DNA from: Octopus vulgaris
Lineage: Eukaryota
Assembly (NCBI GenBank): GCA_951406725.2
Contig: OX597831.1
Coordinates: 47,182,001 to 47,246,000 of the forward strand
Direction of reading: 5' to 3'
Length of the DNA stretch: 64,000 nucleotides
Part shown: positions 53,389-64,000 of the stretch, in pieces
Layout of the letters: each line of letters begins with the position of its first letter
How positions within the stretch are numbered: the first letter of the stretch is position 1
Position numbers and translations under genes: made by a program
Notes under the pieces: model-generated
Database searches by the model: none
What the model saw: only the letters and a program-made list of their open reading frames with translations
What the model was told of the DNA's origin: nothing

Positions 53389-53470
53389 TTTTGGGACAAT
53401 TGTTTCGCTATTAATGAATTAAATGTAATTTTACTTACAATAAAATCCACTTGTAGCTCTTCAGCCAAAA
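53389..53470 (-). ncRNA. Minimal type I hammerhead ribozyme motif, copy 1
   Basis: The minus strand reads TTTTGG-CTGAAGA-GCTA(43 nt)TAGC-GAAA-CAATTG-TC-CCAAAA. It has an intact core, 6-bp stem I, 4-bp stem II, palindromic stem III (ACAATTGT) and a GUC cleavage triplet. Confidence 0.8.
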
Positions 53471-53921
53471 CCATCTGGATGAAATCCACTCAATCACACG
53501 CCAGATTTTACCATAACGATAAATACGCGTGTGGTTCAATTGATTACATCCGACGTTATAATTCAAATGCCCCAACTAACAGCGCGCCAAACTTTCACGG
53601 AAAACAAATACAGCATTTAGAAATAAATGCAGCATAATTATAATTAATTAATAAGGGTGAGAGAATTAGATACTAATTTAATAGTATATCTATTCTACAC
53701 CAAGTGGCCTAGTGCTTCGAGAAACCTGGATTATTATAATATTTTATAATATATTATAATATTTTTACAAAATAAATATAAGAGAGTGGTCACTATATGG
53801 CTCACTCTAGCACCAGTTAATCCAAAAGGTTTCAACCACAAAAATACATGTTTCCCATGAAAGTCAGTACGATTGTTAGCTCACACGGACAGGGCAAATA
53901 AAAAATAACAAATACAGATTA

Positions 53922-54003
53922 TTTTGGGACAATTGTTTCGCTATTAATGAATTAAATGTAATTTTACTTACAATAAAATCCACTTGTAGCTCTTCAGCCA
54001 AAA
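53922..54003 (-). ncRNA. Minimal type I hammerhead ribozyme motif, copy 2
   Basis: Same sequence as 53389-53470, offset by 533 bp inside the direct repeat. Confidence 0.8.
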
Positions 54004-54311
54004 CCATCTGGATGAAATCCACTCAATCACACGCCAGATTTTACCATAACGATAAATACGCGTGTGGTTCAATTGATTACATCCGACGTTATAATTCAAA
54101 TGCCCCAACTAACAGCGCGCCAAACTTTCACGGAAAACAAATACAGCATTTAGAAATAAATGCAGCATAATTAAAAATATTATAATATATTATAAAATAT
54201 TATAATAATCCAGGTTTCTCGAAGCACTAGGCCACTTGGTGTAGAATAGATATACTATTAAATTAGTATCTAATTCTCTCACCCTTATTAATTATATATG
54301 TATAATATATT

Positions 54312-54519
54312 CTTTTACTTTTATTCTTTTGTTTTGGTCGTTTGATTGTGGCCATGCTGGAGCACCACCTTAAAGTGTGTTAGTTGAAGAAATCAACCTC
54401 AGGACTTATTCTTTGTTAGCCTAGTACTTATTCTATCATTCACTTTTGCCGAACTGCTAAGTTACAGGGACATAAACACACCAGCATCGGTTGTCAAGCA
54501 ATGGCAGGGGTCAAACACA

Positions 54520-54580
<61 letters not shown>

Positions 54581-54770
54581 GCATGCACACACAGAAATAT
54601 ATGCACATATATATACAATGGGCTTCTTCTAGTTTCCATCTACCAAATCCACTCACAAGGCATTGGTTGGCCCAAGGCTATAGTAGAAGATACTTGTCCA
54701 AGGTGCTATGCAGTGGGACTGAACCCGGAACCATGTGGTTGGGAAGCAAGCTTCCTACCACACAGCCACA
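54312..54770 (-). mobile_element. SINE family A
   Basis: Near full-length copy. Confidence 0.85.
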
Positions 54771-56904
54771 CATTATTTTGGTTGATTTAGTCTCTTGCAA
54801 CTCTGAGTTTCGCCTTTGGGTACACAGAGTCTTCAGGCAAGTTATGACTGAAGAATTGATGGAATATATACATATATAGACTGATTCAATCAAAATAAAG
54901 ATATTGATTTCAAATTTTAGCATAAGGCCAGAAATGTTGGGGGAGGGGGTTATTCAATTACATTGAATCCAGTACTCAGCTGGTTGTATTTACCTTGAAA
55001 TACAATAAGCATGCTAATGAATCTACCCACCCGCCACTGTCCCCAAAATAAAAATATTGTTAATCTCTACTATAGTGTCAAGTATTCTTTCTCTTTACAG
55101 TCAACACTAAATGGATGTGTGTGTGTGTGTGTGTGTGTGTTTGTTTGAGAGAGAGAGAGAGAGAGAGAGACATTGAAAAGACAGCTGTATTGAAAATGCA
55201 TTCATGAAACCTGTGCTTTATATTCTAAATATATCGTTATCTCATTTCCCAACACTAATACAATTTGTTACAATCAAACACCAATTAAGATGTTCTACAA
55301 GTATCACACTTTAAGAGAAAAAAACCCATAAAAACATGCACTATACAAACATTTGGGTTTTTTTTCAACAATAGATATTTGTCTAGAATATTTGTAAAGT
55401 TTCCGGTTATTAAAATTCACAATAGCACACATTTTTGAGCTTTCATTTTCTATTTAACTCAACAATCAAACCAAATAAATATATAACAACTGTATATATT
55501 ATAGGTGTCTCAATCTCATCTCTCCTTTTTTTATAAAATTAATGACATTATATAAAATGTTAATTTCTTTATATTTCCTAATGGTCTTTTAGTTCTTGAA
55601 AGACTGGTAGAGATAGGGGTGGTTCAGTGAATAAAAATTTGATTTCTTACATTGGCACAAAACCTCATCCTTGGGCAATTTTTATAGACAATGATATCAA
55701 ACTCAGTGCTAGGTTTGTACATTATCTTACCAACCTCAGAAATATGAAAGTCTGTGTCATGCTGTATCTTCCTGAGAACTGTGTTAAGTGTATGCATATC
55801 TGTGGAGTGAGGGGTCAGGCACTTGCATGTTAATTTCATGAGAGGAATGTTCTGTTGATCAGATCATCTGGAACCCACATCGTCGTAACTGACTGAGTAC
55901 CAGCTTGTGAACATGACTGTGGTGAGTGCAGAATTTCACATGTGTGAGCACTCATATGTATGATATATGGTTTGTATATTGTAAACGATTTGCTGATGTC
56001 CATAAGTGAATAATTTTTGACTTTGAAAAAAAGAACGGAATGTAACAATCATTATTTGTATTAATGGGGGGTCTCAATGAGAGTTTGAATTATTTGGTAT
56101 TATGGTAGTTTTTATTTACTTTTATTTTTTATTTTCATTTTTTCCACATTTCTGTTTATAATTACAGAAAAATATGTCGGCTCACTTGTTAATATTTCAT
56201 GACCAGCATCAAATTAATAACTTTGTTTTTTTTTTTTTTTTTTTGCATATTTATTTTTTTTTTTTTTAAAGGATGGTATATAGATAAGTAGCACGGGTTA
56301 GATAGCTGGGTTTGCTGATTTGTAATTGTTATTTTAATTTGCCCAGCACTTAAATAATGAGAAAAGCAGTGAGAAACAACCGTGTTAATAGTATGGCGAT
56401 TTCATTTTTAAATGTAGAATTTTATCAGTGGAATGTGGAGAAACTATCAATTGAAAGGAGAACTCAAGTGGAGAGAGTAACAATTGGCATTCTAAGCATT
56501 TGCTTGTGTTGTATCACTCCCTAGTTAAAACCAGTGCACAGCTCAAAAATATCATAGAGAATTAATTAACTGCTTTTGATTCCAACCTGCCAGACACTGG
56601 CTTTAGGTTTTGGATACAAAATTGTCTGTTTTAATATGTTCTTTTATCTTTTATTTTTTACTTGTTCTAGTCATTGGAATGCAGCCATGCTGGGGCATTG
56701 CCTTGAAGGGTTTAGTCAACTAAATTGAGCAGTTAATTTTTTAAAGCCTGGTACTTATTTTGGTTTCTTTTTTCTGAACCACTAAATTATGGGGATGTAA
56801 CAAACCAACATCGGTTATCAAGCAGTTGTAGGGGACAAACACAAGCACATGTATATATGTGTGTGTGAACCATGGAAAACGGACATTAAATGATGATGAT
56901 GGCG

Positions 56905-57383
56905 ATTCAATGGAAATTGCAGATGTGTTCCCAGTGCCGGTGGCATGTCGAAACTCTACTTGTGAAGACCCGTTGAGGCAAGTGAGGATCAGAATGGAAA
57001 TTGATCAATGGAAATTGCAGATGTGTTACCAGCGCCGGTGGCATGTAAGAGAACCTTCCGTTTCGCGACCGTTGCCAGCACCGCCCCGTTTCGTGTCCGT
57101 TGCCAGCCTCGCCTGGCCCCTGTGCCGGTGGCACATAAAAAGCACCATCCGTTCGTGGCCGTTTGCCAGCTCTGTCTGGCACCTGTGCGGGTGGCACGTA
57201 AAAAGCACCCACTACACTCACGGAGTGGTTGGCGTTAGGAAGGGCATCCAGCCGTAGAAACACTGCCAGATTTGACTGGGCCTGATGAAGCCTTCTGGCT
57301 TCACAGACCCCAGTAGAACCGTCCAACCCATGCTAGCATGGAAAACGGACGCTAAACGACGATGATGATGATGATGATGATGA
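56905..57383 (+). mobile_element. SINE/LINE-tail family C ending in (GAT)n
   Basis: GGCGTTAGGAAGGGCATCCAGCCGTAGAAA..CCAACCCATGCTAGCATGGAAAACGGACG then (GAT)n. Internal repeats of CCGGTGGCA. Confidence 0.75.
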
Positions 57384-57409
57384 TATATATATATATGTAT
57401 AAATATATA

Positions 57410-57601
57410 GTGAGAATTTAGAAAAAAACAAAAGACGAAGATGGGTGTGTAAACAACAAACAGATATATTAGTTTAACGCTCGGGAAGTTAGAAAGTCTT
57501 TTACATTTTGAGCCTACGCTCTTCGATAGAAAGGAACACAGAAATAAGCAGAGAGGGAAAATAGAAAAAAGGTTTAGTGGCTAGCGATCTATCATGGCGC
57601 G
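57410..57601 (-). mobile_element. Second, diverged copy of the 51601-51783 family
   Basis: The minus strand reads CTTT-CTATCGA-A-GAGCGTAGGCTC-AAAATGTA-AAAG at 57498-57533, with a similar downstream tail. TA-flanked. Confidence 0.6.
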
Positions 57602-58821
57602 TATATATGTATGTGTGTGTGTGTGTAGATAAATTTTGAGTTAGAGATTATGCAACCATCTAGGGGATAAATGTATCCGTAGTCACTACTGGTGTATTAC
57701 CTCACTATGTATAGGCCTTGTAATGACAGGTTAACAGTAGTTAGTAATTTAAATGGTAAACCGTAGTTTAACATACTCAGATAAGAAAAGAAACGGAGCA
57801 ACAATTAACAATTAGAAGTTGATCATTGGTATTAAAAGGTCATAGATTAATTGTAGTTAAAAAACATTTACTACTGTTTCAGTTTGTTATTTTTGAAGTG
57901 AATTTGGGATTCATACTCACAACATCACAGTCGTAAGTTCGATGCTCTAACCACTAAGCCATGAAATAAAGAACACAAAAATATAAAACTAGCACAAGAG
58001 AGAGCTAATGAAATTATTCATGTATAAGTCCTGATTTATCTAAAATTAATTGGCTGTTAGCAACATAAAGTCTTGAGAGTTTTGGGTTTGTGTGTGTAAA
58101 TATATGTAAATATATATATATTTATATATGTACATATGTGTAAATGTGTGTGTGTGTGTAAGTCATTGAAATGATTTTAAAAAAATAAGATTGTATGATT
58201 ATTTTTTAAAAGTATTAAACTCAAATTTATTGATAAAATGTATAATATATTTTTTTTAATTTTTACATCTACATTATACTTTGATCTATTAGATTACTTA
58301 TTGTAATCAAGCATTTTGTTCCTCGCAGTGATATATTCACAGACTGGATTCAAATATAAAGATTTATTTATAAAATGCAATACCGTACTTTCCCACATAT
58401 ACATACTCCTGTGACCTACTGGAGAAGAGTATGATTATCTTTGGTTTGCAAATAAAGGTTCCAAGTTTAAATCCAGTCTGGGACTATGTACACAACCAGT
58501 AATAAAGCACATGGTAATGATTAGTTATCAAACTGCTCAAAGCTTAAATGTAAATATCAAATGTTTTTCATTTCCAAAGATGATATTAATAGTCTATGAA
58601 AATACAGTCTTATTTATCTTGTCTGTGTTATGGCCGTAAAACCAAAAATACGTAACAACCTTTATGTGTGCTTTATGATTTTGTTAATATTTATTTCATG
58701 CTTTCAGACTTTGGTGATATTTATTTTTAAAAATGTAAAATAAATATTGATTTTTATATATTAGCATAATTTAATAATTTATTTCAAATGCTAATTTACT
58801 TTATTATTCTATTATAGGAAA

Positions 58822-59028
58822 ATGGGTATTGCAAATGACCTCCAAGGGAGGTCATCACATGAGGCCCTCATTCGCCTCTTGGATGAAGAACTTAGCCTTA
58901 TGGAGACCATGAAAAAGTGTATGGCCATTCGAGTTGAAGGTGACCGGAAATATGTAGATATGCTCTCTAACTTTCTACAAGCTGCTCAGAAAATTGGAAC
59001 AGTGGAATTTCAAACATCAATATATCGA
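58822..59028 (+). CDS. FER: First coding exon of a Fer/Fes (Fps85D-like) non-receptor tyrosine kinase, N-terminal FCH/F-BAR segment; remaining exons lie outside the window or were not recognised
   Basis: MGIANDLQGRSSHEALIRLLDEELSLMETMKKCMAIRVEGDRKYVDMLSNFLQ resembles the FER/FES N-terminus ([40 protein letters not shown], recalled). Branch-like CTAAT and a T-rich tract end in AG at 58816-58817, ATG is at 58822, and donor GTAAGT is at 59029. 207 nt, phase 0. Confidence 0.9.
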
Positions 59029-59164
59029 GTAAGTAACTAATTCTTTTAAAATATCTTAAACCTTTGTTTTTATGATTAACTTTTTCTATTTAAAACATAA
59101 AAATAGAATGACATTTTTTAAAGACATTTATATAAGTTTTCTATTAACTGGAATTCTGTCAGTT

Positions 59165-59470
59165 GTAATGACAAGTGTTCCAGATAACCTGGTTAATGGA
59201 ACAGCTTGCTTGTGAAATTAACATGCAAGTGGCTGAGCACTCCACAGACACATGTACTCTTATTGTAGTTCTCAGGAAGATTCAGCATGATACAGAGTGT
59301 GACAAGGCTGGCCCTTTGGAATACAGGTACAATTCATTTTTGCCATCTGTGTGGACTGGAGCAACATGAAGTAAAGTGTCTTGCTCAAGGACAGAATGCG
59401 TTGCTGGTAATTGAACTCATGACCTTGCAATCATGAGCCAAATACCCTAGCCACTATGCTACACACCCAC
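59165..59470 (-). mobile_element. Family D-related SINE
   Basis: Reverse-complement homology to 17803-18112. Confidence 0.7.
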
Positions 59471-59904
59471 CTTCACACATAAGTTCTCTAATGTAGTAAG
59501 GGCCAAATTAGTAACTAAATAGTCATGTGATCACATGAATGACCAGACTATCGGATGTTATACATCGCTAGTCACAATGCACTTTTGCATCAGTTTATCC
59601 TAAGCAAGCAGGCCAACATTTCCCCTTGATCAAAAGTGGGGAACTGGTGCAATGTGAAATGAAGTGTTTCATTCAAGAACTCAAAGTTCTACCTAGTCTG
59701 GGAATTGAACCTATGATCTAAGAATCATGAGTGCAAGAGCCTAACCACTAAGCTATGCACCTTCATTATATAATACAAACCGATAATATTTGGGATGAGA
59801 CAGAGGTGATTTGAGAGTGATTCAACTGAGTACACTCTTTCCCTTAAAACAATCTTGCTTTATGCCTTGCTAAAATATATAAATATTAGGTTCATGTCAT
59901 TGTC

Positions 59905-60190
59905 ATAATCATCGGTTAACATCCTCCTTCCATGCTGGCATGGGTTGGACAGTTTGACAGGAGCTGGCCAGGCAGGAGCCTGTGCCATGCTTCTGTGTCT
60001 GTTTTGATATGTTTTTTTTTTTATGGCTGGATGCCCTTCCCAACACCAACCACTCTGCAGAGTGAGCTGAGTGCTTTTTACGTGGCGCTCACACAAGCAA
60101 GGTCAGTTTTGGCAAGATTTTTACAGTTGGGTTCCCTTCCAAAGGCCAACCACTTTACAAGTGTGGACTGGATGGTTTTTAAGTGGCACC
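59905..60190 (-). mobile_element. Family C fragment in the Fer intron
   Basis: TTCCATGCTGGCATGGGTTGGAC..GGATGCCCTTCC. Confidence 0.7.
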
Positions 60191-60959
60191 ATGTATAGCT
60201 GTGTAATTAATAGGCTTACTTTGCAGCTACATGTTTTTGGGGCTTGGATCCTACTTCATGGCTCCTTAGGTATGAGTTTTTTACTGGTGCCTCAGGATGA
60301 CCAACACCTTATCAATGAAATTTGGTTGACAGAAAATGTGAAGGCCTGTTTGCGCATGTGTGTGTGTGCGCGCACATGCATGCATATGTGTGCATGTTTG
60401 TGTGTGAGTATATATATATCTATGTCTCTGTTTGTCTATACGTATGTAAAATAGAAAATCAAGTTGCAACCTTTCTTGCTAATTGGTTACTTAACCATTC
60501 AATGAGCAAGGATCAATAAAATAAGTGGCAGACTATATACTGGGATTCAATGTGATTGACTAAAAAACTCTTGAATGTGATATTCCAACATGGCTGCAGT
60601 CCTCTGCCTGAAACCTGTATAAGACTAAAAGAAAATTAAAGTGATAGAGGTATGGAAGAAATGGTAGAACTCAGGAATGAATTATTACTTCAAGTATATA
60701 GTTTCTGATTTCAAATCCCAGGGACAAACTTTGCTCTTTGATTTCTCCTGGATTGTGAAAAAAAGTAACACTCATATAATGTGGTTATATGCCTTCTTTA
60801 CAAATCTTTCTCATATTGTACCATTATAAGAAATGAACATTTGTGTATAACTTTAAGCAGTTGGATGATGAGAGGCTCTTAGAAATAGTTATGTTTTTAT
60901 GTATATATTTTAAACATGTTCACTTGGGTTATTAGATATAAAAAAAAAAAAACATTTAA

Positions 60960-61178
60960 CACTTTAGTGTTTAAACTGACCAAATCAGGCACTTGTTCTA
61001 CCTTGTTTTATGTTCAGACCAACTCAATTTGGCCTCTCACACTTATCCTACAATGTCATTCTAAAAGTAAACAATCACATCACCAAATCTCAAATATGTG
61101 AGATAATGCCTGATTAGTTCAAAACACATGTGAATACATAAGCATTACATTTGTCAGAGTAATCTGAATGCTAAAGGG
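60960..61178 (-). mobile_element. piggyBac-type MITE, same family as 7225-7445, inverted
   Basis: TTAA-CACTTTAG...GCTAAAGGG-TAAA, with internal homology to the 7.2-kb copy. Confidence 0.7.
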
Positions 61179-62220
61179 TAAAAATGTTTATAAGCTTTAA
61201 ACTCAAGTTTTGTTTGAAGTTTGTAATTTTAATCATACAAGAATTATTTTTAAAGTTTTTCATTGAATTAGATAGACAAAAGTACAGCTTGATAATGATG
61301 CATTGCAGATAATGATAACATTGCCATTTATGTGTCGTACTTAATGCTGTTGACAGGCCAGTTGCTGCAGTATTTGTCCTGAGATAACTTCTCTTATGGA
61401 CATACTGTGTTGAAAACAAAAAATATTGAAGGGGAATGAAAATTAACCCCAGCAGGAACACCAGATTCATTTTGGCCTTTTGGGGCTTTTTCAATGCAGT
61501 ATAATTGCAGTCAGCCACTTGCTTGGATAAGAATTTGTTGCCTCTGATATAAATAAAAAATTAAATAAAGTATTCACTGATGTTGTGAATTGACCACCCA
61601 GCTGATTTGCAATTGAGGCAGTTATTTGTTTTTCTCTTTTTCTTTTTTTTTTTAACTGTGTGTTTACGAAGTACAGAAGGTAATTTTATACTATATTCTC
61701 TTTAGTGAAGTTATTAAAATTTGAAGCACAAATGTTACACTTAGTAATATGATGTTGAAATGCTTAAAAAACAAAACAATGTAACAATACGATTTTAACT
61801 ATTAATACAGTCTTATGTTTCACTAGCCGGAAAAACTACCTGAATACATTTCAGTTGTAATTGGCAAATATTGTAGAATGGCAGTAAGCTTACTAAATTA
61901 AGTCCTAGCCATAACCTAGATTCACTTGCTGGTTGTTAGGAATACAGCTTACATGCTGAAGCAAGCTGATGCTGGTTAATCCAAATGCATTTTCATACTC
62001 AGATTTCATTGCTTGACATCTTGGAGTGCAACTTCCCTGGACTGATAAACAGGAAGCCCTTAATTTGAACTTGACTTTGTGCAGTGTACTAGTGTAGTAC
62101 ATTGTATATGAGATTTATGTGTCTTATACTAGAATCATATATGAAGGTTAGCCTAGTTTTCAATGTCCCCCTCTTTTCTAGTTCATTTGAACAGTCTGTA
62201 ATTAATAATTCATTAATGCT

Positions 62221-62460
62221 AAGGTGGCGAGCTGACAGTCATTAGCATGCCAAGCAAATACGTAGCAACATTTTGTACATTTTTAACTTCTGGGTTCACA
62301 TTCCGCCAAGGTTGACTTTGCCTTTCATCCTTTGGAGGTCAATGAAATAAATGCCAGTTGAATACTGGGGTCAATGTAATAAATACCAGTTGAATACTGG
62401 GGTCAATGTAATAAATTACCGCACCCCTGAAATTGTTAGCCTTGCATTAGAAATTGAAGC
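62221..62460 (+). mobile_element. SINE family B with an internal 32-bp tandem duplication (62347-62410)
   Basis: Family B head, with ATAAAT(G/A)CCAGTTGAATACTGGGGTCAATGTA twice. Confidence 0.7.
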
Positions 62461-62689
62461 TGATAATTCGTTAAAGCTTTCCGTCCACATCTCACATTAA
62501 TTTACCCTTCCCACACCCCAAGAACCAAACTACATCTCATTGTAAACTATGCTTATCTCACCCCCTTCCCCCTTGTTCCTGCAGCCCAATTCCATCTTGT
62601 CATCTCTCTCTGTCTCTCGTCTCCCCATTTGCCAAACTGTATTATTGCTATCTTGCTGCTTGCTACCCCCATCAACTTACTCACCCCAT

Positions 62690-62826
<137 letters not shown>

Positions 62827-63820
62827 TGTAGATGAAACCATAGCGACTGAAGAAGGGGGTTTTTTTTTGTGTTAATTGTCCTGTACTCTATTTTTTTGTT
62901 GTTTAAAAAAATGTCCAGTTCCTTGGGTTTGTGTCTATGTTTTCGTTTCTCATTGTGTTCGACGTCTTTTTGGTGTCCTGTACTCATATATGCGTGTATA
63001 TGTACATGTAGAGGTAGGTACGTACATATATGTTTATATATATGCATATGTTTTATTTATTAATATATATATATACACACACACACCTGTGTTCACTACT
63101 CACTGCATTCCCTTCCCTTCTATCTGCATCTCTCCTTTTGCACTCTTTTGAGCTCTCTGCACACTCACCCAGTCTAGTCCTCTTTACCACTTCACTTACA
63201 TTCACCTCCCTATCTTCCTGTACCTTGAGGGTACACCCAGGGCCATTGCTAAGCCCCTGCAACCCCTGCAGTTGCTGGGAGCCTCTGAAGTTGAGCCCCA
63301 TGTTAAGATCAGAGTACATAGATTAGTCATCTATTTACTTTGGTTAAGATGTTGAACAAGAATTAAACTATCTATAGTGACTGAAAATTTCAAAAAATAA
63401 AATAGTAATACATTGTACCTGCAAAACTTCTTGTAAAAATATTACCTTGTACAACAAACATGTACCAGACTTTGTGGATTGTCTATGATATCTACTGAAC
63501 ACAAACTTAGCTCTCAGTTTGATTATTCTGAACTGATCGATGATTTCGCTAAGCGAAAAGTGCGCTGTGTTTGTCTTTGAAAGTTGCCTGGATTATAAAA
63601 GTGCTCTTTTATCATATCTGAAAGTTTTATTTGCTGAAATTTGTAATAGACCTAACTAAATTTAACTTGTGCTTTTAAAGATATTCTTTTGGATAACATG
63701 AAGTATGAAGGGATGGGGTCTCGAAACAAAATGTTGTAGGGGGCTTCTAAAAGTCATGCAACAGAACTGGGTACACCCTGACACATTTTCATGACCATCG
63801 ACTCTAACTCTCTGTCTGTC

Positions 63821-63870
<50 letters not shown>

Positions 63871-64000
63871 CTCCAACTGGGATAGCCATGTATCTCCCCT
63901 GCAGCATGACACCTGTTTTTGTTCTTCTTTCATAGTTTAACCGCTTGTCACTTGACACAAAGCTACCTTCCTTAATACTACTTCCTCACTCATTTGAGGA

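Larger units (their letters stand above)
53236..54294 (-). mobile_element. Penelope-like/retrozyme-like element with A-B-A-B(inverted) structure next to (TA)n
   Basis: A 405-bp direct repeat (53236-53640, 53769-54173) carries a hammerhead in each copy. The 123-bp segment 53645-53767 recurs inverted at 54172-54294. Confidence 0.65.

Noticed and set aside
19871-54879. Recurrent ORFs containing [15 protein letters not shown]...EDTCPRCHAVGLNPEPCGW
   Set aside because: These are translations of SINE family A copies, not a gene family.
63053-63326. Possible RTE remnant (VSEVVKRTRL) or exon
   Set aside because: The similarity is too short and the diagnostic W.GHV motif is absent.

Overview
This is AT-rich, repeat-dense metazoan genomic DNA, almost entirely intronic or intergenic. 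The microsatellite load and the recurring SINE families are typical of an octopod cephalopod (Octopus sp.; my inference). Only one host coding exon is convincing: 58822-59028 (+), the first coding exon (N-terminal FCH/F-BAR segment) of a Fer/Fes-family tyrosine kinase, with a good acceptor and a GTAAGT donor. Nearly all other listed ORFs are artefacts of microsatellites or SINEs. The rest is at least five SINE families, CR1 and RTE LINE fragments, hAT, piggyBac, mariner and Tigger-like MITEs, non-autonomous Helitrons, and mini/microsatellites. The most unusual signal is a set of sequence-unrelated short elements in or next to (TA)n tracts. They form long fold-backs or tandem repeats and carry minimal type I hammerhead ribozyme motifs (stem I, CUGANGA, stem II, GAAA, palindromic stem III), as known for Penelope-like elements and retrozymes. 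They include a canonical tandem hammerhead pair 533 nt apart (53389-54003, minus strand), a tRNA-headed hammerhead palindrome (17072-17513), and core variants (G3:C8 swap, U4C, A6U). All motifs were read by eye, and no folding or database search was run. Repeat boundaries are approximate to about 10 bp unless stated.
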